64,000 bases of DNA, taken from assembly GCF_006345805.1 (NCBI RefSeq), contig NC_043000.1, forward strand, positions 128,960,001-129,024,000. The letters run 5' to 3'. This DNA is from Octopus sinensis (lineage: Eukaryota). Made by a program: the position numbers and the translations under genes. The notes under the pieces were generated by a model that was given only the letters and a program-made list of their open reading frames with translations, ran no database searches and was not told the DNA's origin. This document shows positions 11,830 through 23,698 of this stretch, piece by piece; position 1 is the stretch's first letter; each line of letters begins with the position of its first letter.

Positions 11830-12616
11830 ATAGTTGGGCAAGTAATGAATGGTAATATGTTAAACAGTCCATCTGTTTAAGGTAAAAGGATTTTGTTTGT
11901 TCAATGAAAACCAATGAGGGTAAAGTGCACGTGTAGATTTTGCTCGTGACACATTTTCAAAAGAAAAATATTTATTATCTTAAAATACAGTTGAATAAAA
12001 GAAATTTCTCATTTGTATATGCAATAAATATATGTTATTAGTTTTCTAAATTTCATCAACATATTGGCTGTCTGCTCTATAGAAAACTTATCTCTGCAAA
12101 ATTTCATTAAAAATAAGCCTACTATGTGCATTTGTTCTGTACCTATTATGTTAACTCTCTCTGATCTCTCTTTTACTCTCTCCCTTCTCTCTTTCTCTTT
12201 CTCACCCCCCCTCTCTCTCTCTCTATCACTGTCTCTGATGTAAAGCGTGACGAGAAATCAGTCAACCAACCAACCAACCAACCAACCAACAGTTATAGCA
12301 GCTATTATTAAATAGAGATATATTTTGTTCAGGGGCCAATCATTACTACAGATGGTATTGTATGATTTTAGCAACAACACCATACTGCATAGCAATATGA
12401 AGTTGTTAAAACTTTACGGTAGTTAATAATCATAAGTGTAATATCTTCCACAATTATAAGAAATAAACGGTAATTGGAAGTATAATGGCATCAACATGTA
12501 TTAAGTAGTTATCTCCTGCTGTTCAATTGTAAGAGTATAACTTGCGACATGTGACTTGATGTAAAGGGTACGAGTCTATGAGCGACAACACATCCTGTTA
12601 ATATTGTTAGTGTTCT

Positions 12617-12930
12617 TTCGCCGAGGTCGACTTTGTCTTTCATCCTTTCGGGGTCGATTAAATAAGTACCAGTTACGCACTGGGGTCGATATAATCGACT
12701 TAATCTGTTTGTCTGTCCTTGTTTGTTCCCTCTATGTTTAGTTCCTTATGGGTAGTAAAGAAATAGGTATTTCGTCTACCACTACGTTTTGAGTGTAAAT
12801 TCCGCCGAGGTTGACTTTGCCTTTCATCCTTTCGGGGTCGATGAATTAAGTACCAGTTACGCACTGGAGTGTAATTGACTTAATCCCTTCGCCCAAATTT
12901 GAGGCCTTGTGCTTCCAGTAGAAATGATTA
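12617..12930 (+). mobile_element. SINE family A dimer (5'-truncated)
   Basis: Two bodies joined at GTAAAGAAATAG|GTATTTCGTC. Confidence 0.85.
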
Positions 12931-13244
12931 CTTACCCAACTAAGCTGCTTTGTACCATAAGATTCTTTCATAATGATATGTTGAGTACTGTACTGTACGG
13001 ATTTTTGTCCAAGAAATTTGAAGTGAAGAGTGAAGTCAAGTAACAATGTCTCTTCGACCCGACACTGTTGCTATCTTTTTGAGTTTCTGAAACACATTTA
13101 AGTCTTCCGATTGTCTATCTACCACTTAAACAAAGTCTAACGTCGGGCTAATGTGAACTCAGAGCCGCTATTCTGTGAGTACAACTGTCTCTCGTGGATC
13201 AAAGTAGCAGAACTGACCTAGTTAAATAGAGACTTGGAGAAATA

Positions 13245-13890
13245 GTTATCATGCTAAAAGAAAGTTATGCATCGGTATATATCTCTAAGAAAAAGAATAT
13301 CAACAACATTGACAAAAATGGTAGCCTCTCCTGCACCTAAAACAGATATATCACTTCTCATTAAGAAGGTGACACCTTTGCTATCCAGGAACGGAAGATT
13401 CCTACTAAAATATTTAAATGCCTCAAAATGTTTTCAATGTGAATGAAAATGTTGATAGTGCCACTCCAGTGTCGAATACATCATCCACTTCATCAGAAGC
13501 CGTCCCAAAATATCTCCAAGATACTACCTTGCCATGAGACACGATATTGTCGATAAAACCATTAACAATATTGAACACAGTAAGGATTCTCCGATGGTTA
13601 TACCAAAGCACACCAGATCCAAAACGTTTCCACACCTTTAAAAATAAAAGAATACTGGTGGAACATTCCACTAAAAGAAAATAACTTGATGCAGAACACA
13701 ATATACCAGATATTGTTCTATAGGAAGCAAAAGTCATGCACTGCTTTAGAGATAAGATGATGTTCTTTACTTCTTCAAATATTGAAGAGAAGGAGAACAT
13801 CTATAAAGAACGAAGGAAATACTTAAGCTTACTTATAACCAGCTAACAGAGTTACATTTGTACTTATTATCATAGGTACACTGTTTTCTC
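13245..13890 (+). mobile_element. Decayed R4/Dong-like fragment
   Basis: YYLAMRHDIV, KEYWWNIPL and PDIV motifs; nucleotide similarity to 3560-4150. Confidence 0.75.
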
Positions 13891-14294
13891 GTCATAGTCC
13901 TTTCTACAATAGGCACAAGGCTAGCAATTTCGGAGTAGGGGGCAAATCGATTATATCGATCTCAATGATTAACTGGTACTATTTTTATAGATCCCCAAAA
14001 AATGAAAGGCAAAGTCGACCTTGGCAGAATTTGAACTCCAAACATAAAGACAAACGAAATGCCGCTAAGCATTTTGCTCAGCGTGCTAACGGTTCTGCCA
14101 GCTCGCTGCCTTACTGGGTTTTGTATAATAGACTTACATAAAAGCTTAGAAACATTCAAAGTTTCCAAGAAAGAACAAAGAAAACTGATTCGAAATTGAT
14201 CTAATGAAAATTTGCGAAACATTCCAGGTATTCTCCATTTAAAGTTCCTAGACTGAACACATGCACGCAGCTATATGTGCATACAGAACACACG

Positions 14295-14352
<58 letters not shown>

Positions 14353-14695
14353 GTAATGTAACACGTACATGCTTGTGTTCTAAAGCGGCATGCATACCCA
14401 CTGTATACGGACAAGTTTATCTACACAAACATACATATTTGCACTCACTAATTCACATAGCCTCAAACCCCAACAGCTGTCTTGACTTAAACAAAAGACC
14501 CTTGTCATTTTGTTGCTGACCGTTTTGAATTCCACCAAAGAAAAACCTAAATTAATCCCAAAGAAATACACACACATACCATTCAAATTCGCACATACAA
14601 TAGTATCTATGCCAACCCACATATTGTGCACATGTATATATATACATACATACATGCATGCATCCATCCATCCATCCATACAGTTACTATAATGT

Positions 14696-14738
<43 letters not shown>

Positions 14739-15711
14739 GCGCGTGCGTGTGTGCGTGCATGCATGCGTGCGCGTAATTCATGGATATTGAGAAAACTGGT
14801 TTGGACATGATTAGAAACTGAAATTCCAATTAAGATACAAATAATTTTTTGTTTCTCATTAAACAGACTATTTGATCGGTCGAATCTTCTGTACGTTTCC
14901 TTAATTTGGAGGATTACCAGGCAGAATTCGGGAGATTATATTCCACTCATTTAAACCAATTAAATTAACATTTTATCGGCAGAATACTGGAAATTCAGTA
15001 CTACAGTGTAGAAGAAAGTATAAAATTAGATATTTAATTACCTCAGTAAAGTCGAATGGTAAACGGAAAACAAGAATAAAATTTTATCCTCCCATGTTCT
15101 GTATTATAGTTCCTTAACCAAAATTGGACCGACATTTAGTTTTAAGGTGTATTTTAATTTTTCTTTTTACTGTAGGGACAAAGCCTAAAATTTTAGGGGA
15201 ATGGAGCTAGTCGACTACATGTATCTCAGTGTTCAACTGATACTTATTATATCGACTCCGAACGGAAATGGAAGGTAAAGTCGACCTCGGCGGAAGTTGA
15301 ACTCAGACGGGAGAAATGCAGCTAAGCAGTTTTCCCCCAGCGTACTAACGATTCTGCTAGCTCACCGCTATGAAGCTTATTTTAATTTAAAACCGCTAAA
15401 GTTTGTTATAAAAGTAACACTGAAACACTGATAAACACTTATAAAAGGAAAAGGGAAGAATAGAATCTCAATTTGAAACCTCCACCTTTTATTTTACATT
15501 AAAGCGGTACCCCAGCATGGCCGCAGTCAAATGACTGATTCAAGTAAAAGAATAAAAGAATACTTTTGTTTAAATCGTTCTAAAGTCTCTGAGAATTTTT
15601 TTTTCTTGACTTATAAGGCTAGTTACATGGTTTCTATGACGTATATGGCTGAGATCGCAACGTTCGCCCTGAACGCGATGCTGGTTCGTCGCAGGCTTCA
15701 AGGCTTACAGT

Positions 15712-16010
15712 TTTGAGAGGAGGGAGCAAGTCGATTACATCAGCCCTTGTTCTTGACAGGTTTTTATTTTATCAACCTCAAAGGGATAAAAGGCAAAGTT
15801 GATTCCGGCGGTAATCGAACTTAGAATGTCTAATGAAAGTTTGCGAAACATTCCAGGGATTCTCCATTTAAAGTTCCTAGACTGAACACATGCACACAGC
15901 TATATGTGCATATTGAACACACGCGCACACACACACAGAGTAATGTAGCCGGAAGAAATATCTCTTAGCATTTTCTCTGGCGTGCTCATGATTCTACCAG
16001 TTTGTCGCCT
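15712..16010 (-). mobile_element. SINE family A copy interrupted by a copied local segment (15830-15946)
   Basis: SINE sequence stops at GAACTTAGAATGT and resumes at AGCCGGAAGAAAT; the insert matches 14201-14360. Confidence 0.8.
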
Positions 16011-16099
16011 TCTTGTACGGATTATTGTATATAATGATTCATAACATTGGCACAAGTTCCACTGTACATGATTACCTAAGGCTTGTGTATAGTCTTACT

Positions 16100-16420
16100 C
16101 TACTCTATTTAGCTGGAACATAAACATTAACAAAACTATTAACACATTAAGATGTAACTATACAAAAGACTTATGAGAATATCATGAACAGAGCTCAAAA
16201 CCAGTGACTAACGAAGGTGAAATATTTTAGATATTTCATTAAACACAATCAAAAACAGAAGACTGATATATTTCGAACGTTTAATAAGTAAACGGACAAG
16301 ATAATCTGTTAATAAAGGACAAAACGAATGCGAAAAATGTAGAAGGAGGCTAAAAACGCAACGGTGGGATATTCTCAAAAACTGGACAGACTATAAGAAG
16401 TTTTCTAAACGATAGGCTAT
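16100..16420 (+). mobile_element. Decayed RTE-like LINE 3' fragment
   Basis: RRLIYF and RWDILKNW resemble the RRLxYFGH...RWxDNIKxW region of RTE ORF2. Confidence 0.5.
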
Positions 16421-17171
16421 AAAACTAATGATTTCTCATAATGATAAATTGATAATACTGTACCACAAAGCCTTAACCGCTTCTGGATTAAAATAAATAA
16501 ATAAACAAAAAAAAATACTTCTGATTATTAGCTTCTGATATAGTTTTTGTGTGACTCTCATCACAGCAGTACTCACATGTCTAGACTATTACTTCTGCTA
16601 CTACTACATATTAAAAAGAAAAAAAACTTGGCCAAACACCAAAATGGCTATCCGGCTAATTGACAAAGATTCGCTCACCGACATGCTATAACATCTAAGC
16701 TACAGATGTTGTCTTTTTACTTTACCTCTTATACTACAACAACAATAACTACTACTACTAATTGAGATTTTTACTTCTCTGAAACTGGGTGGTATCTGTC
16801 TATCAATCGCTTTGCCTACAGTGTTCCATCCCTAAACCTTTCATTAACTATTTTGTACAATCCGTTCTCCCCAGAATTGCAATCTTCTGAGACTCTCCCT
16901 GACCATAATATTTACATAAACATCAAACTGCAAATGTTCAAGCTGAATCACATCCCGATTTAGGGAAATGATGCAAGAGCCATATCTACCACCACCACCA
17001 CCACCACCACCACCACAATAGCAACCACTACCTATCATCCAATATGGTCATGTTGATAGAATCAGTCAACAAACCAAGAAATGGCAGCACGGATCTATTT
17101 GGTCCCATTAACTGAATTACCAAAAAGGTAAAATGGTTATGCGATTCCCAATAACAGTGTTATTGTTATTA

Positions 17172-17479
17172 GTGAGGGCGCGTGGCTTAGTGGTTAGGGC
17201 ATTCGGCTCATGATCGTAAGGTTGTGAGTTCGATTCCCGGCGACGCGTTGTGTCCTTGAGCAAGACACTTTATTTCACGTTGCTCCAGTCCACTCAGTTG
17301 TACTTGTATTTCAAAGGGTCAGCCTTGTCACTCTCTGTGTCACGCTGATTATCCCCGAGAACTACGTTAAGGGTACACGTGTCTGTGGAATGCTCAGCCA
17401 TTTGCACGTTAATTTCACGAGCAAGCTGTTCCGTTGATCGTATCAGCTGGGACCCTCGTCGTCGTAACCGGCGGAGTCT
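17172..17479 (+). mobile_element. tRNA-derived SINE family C, full length
   Basis: A box TGGCTTAGTGGTT, B box GAGTTCGATTCC, TGTGTCCTTGAGCAAGACACTT core; ~12-bp TSD TTATTGTTATTA. Relatives at 62785-63076(-), 45900-46125(+), 33513-33700(+). Confidence 0.9.
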
Positions 17480-18834
17480 TTATTGTTATTAATTAGCTAC
17501 AACCTGGCCTTAGTTGAGCAAACCTACGGCATTCCAGTCAAGCTTTTTCTCTAAGCATAGTATACATTGAACTGTATTGTTTAATGTCACTTTTTCTTTT
17601 TTAAAGCGATAGGGTATTATTTGTAGGTGATTTGACTTGTTTTTTGAAGGTCAAATCAGCATGTCGCGACTACCAAATTGTCATGAGGAAGTAGCGTAAT
17701 TCACTTCTGCACGTTAAAACTGCAAAACTGATTAGAGATTACTTAAACCTTTCGCTCCTTATGAGACATGGGACATCGACGGCTTCTTTCCACTGCCCTT
17801 GGCTCTCGGTTGTATTTTCTGCTTCTCTCTAGTTGGTTCGCTACTTTTTCAGCTCTGTCTCAGTATTTTTAGGACTTTCTCTTTTCCACCTCCCACGTGG
17901 GTTCCATGTCAGGGTCTGACGTGTCATCGCATCATATGCCTTCCTAAAGGAAGGCCTTTCTCACCCAGGTCCTCGTTGTTTATGAATTGTCATCAATGTT
18001 TCTGTAACTTTGCTTTTTCTAGGTAGGAGTGTTGGCCTTACACAAACCCATGTGCCTGCTTACCTGCATGAATGTGTGTATGTGTATTGTGTCTGCGTCT
18101 GTAAATATGTGTGTGTAGACATTCGTGTGTGTGTGTGTTGGGGGGTATGGGCTGTTAATGTATAAATATTTAGGATATCAACTAGGAAGTGATGTTATTT
18201 CATCCCTGTTTTGAAAGACAAATTGTTTCTTGACGTATATAAAGTTTCCATGACGTATATAAAGTTCGTCTAAACATCAGCCATTTAAAGACGATCAAAC
18301 GATAAGGTGGTCCGTATTAAAGTAGCCTCTGTTCCTTGACCTGTCCAAAATAAGAGGCTCTACTAAGAGCCTGCACTTTGCTGGCATAGCTCTCAGAATC
18401 ATCAAGGCACATGGGCTACCACACTGCAACAAGGACTGGACCTTGTGGAAGTGATGAGAGATTGATTGAACTCAATTTCGCAGGTTGGGATTTGTTTACC
18501 TATATCAAGACAGGCCTTCTGTCCCCAGGCGTATTCTAACACCTCAGAAAACAGATTAGTATTAACCCTGTGGAATAAAATAATACTGATTTTTAACATT
18601 AGTATGCAGCCTAGAATTTCAGGAGGGAGGGAACAGTCAATATAGTCAATTCCGGAAAGATAAACGGCTATGTGACCCTCGTTAGGATGTGAACTCAAAA
18701 TGTAAATGAATGCACATTAACCCTGCATCTGTTTGTTGTTCAACGTGTAAACGATTCTGCTAATCCACCATCGAGTAGAGAAGAATGATCTAGGGGGTGG
18801 ATTAGCGCCTAGCAGAGAAGAGGTTCATTTTTTT

Positions 18835-19412
18835 TTCTACTCTCGGCACAAGGCCCGAATGTTTGGGAAAGGGGGCCAGTCGATTAGATCGACCCCAGTA
18901 CGCAGCTGGTACTTAATTTATCGACCCCGAGAGGATGAAAGGCAAAGTCGACCTCGGCGGAATTTGAACTCAGAACATAAAGACGGACGAAATATTGTTA
19001 AGCATTTCGCCCGGAGTGCTAACATTTCTTATTTCTTAATTGCCCACAAGTGGCTAAACATAAAGGGAACAAACAAGGACAGACAAAGGGATTAAGTCGA
19101 TTACATCGACTCCAGTGCGTAACTGGTACTTAATTTATCGACCTCCGAAAGGATGAGAGGTAAAGTCGACCTCGGCGGAATTTGAACTCAGAACATAACA
19201 GCAGACGAAATACCTATTTCTTTACTACCCACAAGGGGCTAAACACAGAGTGGACAAACAAAGACAGACAAACGGATTAAGTCGATTATATCGACCCCAG
19301 TGCGTTACTGGTTCTTAGTTTATCGACCCCGAATGGATGAAAGGCAAAGTCGACCTCGGCAGAATTTGAACTCAGAACGTAACAGCAGACGAAATATCGA
19401 TAAGCATTTCGT
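18835..19412 (-). mobile_element. SINE family A trimer
   Basis: Three consecutive bodies on the same strand, joined through TATTTCTT segments. Confidence 0.88.
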
Positions 19413-19639
19413 AAATTTTTTATTTCCCACAAGGGGACAACAAAGAGGGAGCATTACAATCTGATGTGGGGTCAGATTTCACGTATGAGTTAACAAAAAG
19501 ATGAATTTAAAAATTTTACATAAATATGAATAGTTCGAATGATAACATATACAAGACAACAATACAGAATGGAGTGGGGCGGCGGGATATGCTCGGACCC
19601 CACGAGCCCCGTCTCACCACTGATGCTTTGGGTTCTTCC

Positions 19640-20275
19640 TGCGTTGTATTCATGCGGTTCCATCCATACGCAGCATTCGTGCGACATTCTTCCACCAATC
19701 TTGGAATATTTTCGCGGACAGGCATTTTTTCTCTAACCCTATTTTCCTCCTTAGGTGGCAGATGAAGAAATTCACCAAGCCAGGGCCAGAGATAAAAATG
19801 CCTGTTATTAACCCTTTAACTCGCGTCTTCCAAATCACCTTTCTCGCAATTGCCATCCAGATGGAGCTACAGATACCTCAACCTCAGCGTGTGCCTGCAC
19901 ATCATCAGCTAAGGCATCCTTAGCCCACACTTTAATGGTTGTTGGCAGCAAATAGAGCGTCTCACAAGTGGATTCGAACCCTTCCACAAGAAGCGGAAGA
20001 GCTGTCTTTCCAGCTTGCTCAACCACGAATCAGAGCAGGGAACGACAGTTAGGTGGTAGGTGATGACCGATGCGATGAACACATTGGCTACCTCCGCCCT
20101 CCCTTTCAGGGATAACCACCGCCAAGACCAGGTCTTGGCTATGTGGGCCACCCTGCTCTCTACCTCGGCCCAGTTCTTCTCTATTTGGAGGTCTGGTCCA
20201 AACCAGAAGCCTAGCAACTTAATCGGACCCTCCATCCAACGTCCCACGACGCTGTCAGGAGGCATCGACTTGCCT
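19640..20275 (-). mobile_element. Tx1/L1-like LINE ORF2 fragment (post-RT region), internally deleted
   Basis: ORF 19909..20265: IKLLGFWFG, NWAEV, LSLKGRAEVAN, FRFLW; then KVIWKTR near the C-terminus. Confidence 0.85.
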
Positions 20276-21611
20276 CTCCAGGTGTCGAGTTGTTGTGTAA
20301 TGCGACTATCCCCCTATCTTCTGCTTCCTTTCTTACTATTTTTGGTTTGTCTTTTTTTGGAATTTTCTTTCTTGGTTTTAGTTCCATCTGTTTTTGTTGA
20401 TTTGAACATTCCATTTTTCTCTTGTAAGTTGCTTTCTTTTTTTCTGTTTCTCTCTCTCTCTCTCTCCTCCTCCTCCTCCTCCTCCTCCTCCTCACCATCG
20501 GATTCTTGCTCGTCGTCTCTACAGTATATGGCCCAGCTGGCCACGCTGGAAACATCGGGGCTTACGTCCCTCGACGAATACGTTAAGGAATTCCTCCCCA
20601 ATTTCTATTTACTCCGGTAACTGTTCTAAAATTGACTGTTCTGCTTGTATTAGGAAGTGAACCATTTAATCAGTCCAATAAGACTTTTCTCTGACGGTAG
20701 CCTGAAGGAGTGTTATATTAATCTTCCTTCTTTGCCAGGACTGCCGCCATCAACCACATAGGGTCGACTTGAGGTGGGACTCTTGGTATACGTATCTTTG
20801 ACATCCTCATTCCCATATATAGAGGAATTAAAACAACGTCCTCCGTTTCTAAATGTTCATAAATCTTTCAGAGGATATTTGAAACGGGTGGGAGGGAAAG
20901 CGGAAGTTATGCTCAAATCAGAAACTTAACCCGAATGCTTGTATCCGAGATGTCGCTCAAGTAGGTCACGAGAAAATTTGAATTCAAGGCATTAAGAACC
21001 AGAAGAAATACTGAAAATATAGGACAAGAAATGCGGAACTAATGCAAAACACCCAGTCTAGCACCCTTACTGTTCCGCTTGTCTACAACCTGGACTGGTA
21101 CTTTCTGTTCTTTTCTACTCTAGGTACAAGGCCCGAAATATTTGGAGAGGGGGCCAGTCCATTAGATGGACCCCAGTACGCAACTAGTTCTTAATTTATC
21201 GACCCCGAAAGGATGAAAGGTAAAGTCGACCTCGGCGGAATTTAAACTCGACGTGAAAACAGACGATTTGGGCTAAATTTATAATTTGTTACCTTGGCAC
21301 AAATTAAAAATTTGGGGGAGAGAACAATCGGTCAAATCGATTCTAATACTTGACTGGTACTTTATTTTATTGACTCCAGAGGGATGGAATACAAAGGTGG
21401 CTTTGGTGGGATTTGAACTCAACCACAGAACTGAAAAATTACCACTCATTGAATTGATTATAATCATGTGCCTCGATTGTGGAAATTTTCTAATGACAAA
21501 GCAGTGTATGTATAATTGTGAATAAGTATGCATATGCGTGCTTACCTTCACGAATGTGTGTGTGTGTGTGCGTGTTTGTGTGCGTAAATATGTGTGTATG
21601 TGCGTTGACAT

Positions 21612-21646
<35 letters not shown>

Positions 21647-23279
21647 AATGCATAAATATTAGGATATCAACTAGGAAGTGATGTTATTTCATCCCTGTTT
21701 TGAAAGGCAAATTGTTTCTCAGTTCCTCTAAACATCAACCATTTAAAGATGACCAAACGATAAAATTAACAAGTCAAAATTGTGACGTTTTAACAATTTG
21801 GCACCGAATTTTTGTCTCTTTCCTTTTATTTATTTTTTCTTTGCTAAACCAAACCAAAATGATAGAAACAGAAAATAAGGTTATCATACTTCTGGCGTGT
21901 AATTTCCCACATGAAATAAAAATCGGGCCCTTTTCTAAAGCCATTTTGACTTGTACCTAATAAAAAATCAAATACGAATAGACAACCGCATTCCAGCTTA
22001 TCTGGCTGAACTAGAAAAAGAGTCTGATGTGTGTGTGTGTGTACGTGTGTGTGCGTGTTCATACTCACGTACATAGATACATACATACATACATACATGC
22101 ATATATACATATGGACATACATATGTATGTCCATATATGCATATGTGTTTGTATGCATGTATCAGAAAAGAAAGAGGAAAAAGCAAGTGTGAACAACGAA
22201 AGAAATAAAAAGTCAATATAATGCACGAAAAAATAACACAAATAATGAAATAATAATAACAAGCAAGGTCCAAACTGGGGTCACGTGACCCAGTTATTAC
22301 GAAAGATTGCAATTGTAAACTAAGCAATTTTCTTTTATTCTTTTTCTTTCTTCTCCCGTTTTTCTTTTTCTTTTTTTTTTTAATGGCTTTTTAAAATAAC
22401 CTGGTAGGTTGCCAGACTGGATGATGGAAAGAAAGGAAAAAAGAAAGACAAAGGGAATGAAGGTAAGAATGAGTGAATGAGTGAATGAATGAATGAATGA
22501 TTGGAAGAAAACAGTCAAGACATTTTAGTCGAAGGAAAAAAAAAAAGCCATAAAAAGAGCTTACTAATGACGGTGGACGTCTTCTGGTGGTTACAAAGAA
22601 ACGATTTAGCAGAGAACAGGCCATTGTCAAAGTAAATGAAAAGAAAAATAGAAAGAAGAGAAGGGAAGAAAGAACGAACGAACGGGAGAGAACGGTTCAA
22701 TGAAGAAAGGAAAAGAAAAAAAAAAAGAAACGAAGAAATGAAAGAAGGAAGAAAAACGGAAAACAGAAAGAAGGAAATGAAATAAGAATGAAAAAAAAAA
22801 CAGAAACAAAGAAAATATAAAGGTAGAAGGAAAGAAAGAAGGTAGGAAAAGCTGTAAGGATGACATTGGCAATATTTAAGTTATAAAAGGGAAGTAATTA
22901 TTTTACGAATTGAACATTCAAGATGTCATAGATTAGAGGGGAAAAGGTAAAAAAAAAGGTGGGGTGGGGATAGATTAGAAAATAAAGGGAGGGAAATTAA
23001 TGATGGTCATGGTGATAAGATGGGGTTTGGGATGAAGCAAAGTGTTTAGGAGTTGTTTAATTCATAATAAAGCTCCATTCTTTCTTTGAGGTATATGGGG
23101 TGGGTGAGGAACAGACCGTCAATATTGTCGAGTATTTCTATTGTAATTCACTGAGTCTCATGGATTCCACTGGAGTCTTCGTTTTCATGGAATGTATTGG
23201 GTTGTCAGATAAATTCATTCGTTTTTCTTTTTTCATTTATTTTAATCGTTATTTTTTTTATCAACCATTATAATAAATT

Positions 23280-23698
23280 AACGTAAAGTGTACTAGCCAT
23301 CTGAATGTGGCTAGCCACTGGGGGTGGGGTGTTACTGATGCTTTTAGCCCCAGGAGATCAACGTCACCAGCTGGCCTTAGACACAAAATTTCAGTGCTCT
23401 TGTGTTATTTGCAGAGGGAGCTGTGAAAAACGTTAAATATTATTATTTGCAGAGGGTCTCCTTCATCGAAAACCGATGTTTACCATGCGTTGACGAAAGG
23501 CAATTACCTTGAAACTATAGTCCGTATGTATCACTTAGGTTTTCGAGGGAGGATGACCTCCCTTTGCAAATAACACAAGGGCACTGAAATTTTGTGTCTA
23601 AGGCCAGCTGGTGACGTTGATCTCCTGGGGCTAAAAGCATCAGTAACACCTCACCCCCAGTGGCTAGCCACATTCAGATGGCTAATACACTTTACGTT
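23280..23698. mobile_element. Fold-back element/MITE with 141-bp inverted arms
   Basis: 23280-23420 is the reverse complement of 23558-23698 with four mismatches; no TSD recognised. Confidence 0.85.

Noticed and set aside
18835-19412. Regularly repeated palindromic GTCGA/TCGAC units resembling a CRISPR-like array
   Set aside because: They are internal to tandem SINE copies, have no unique spacers, and the context is eukaryotic.
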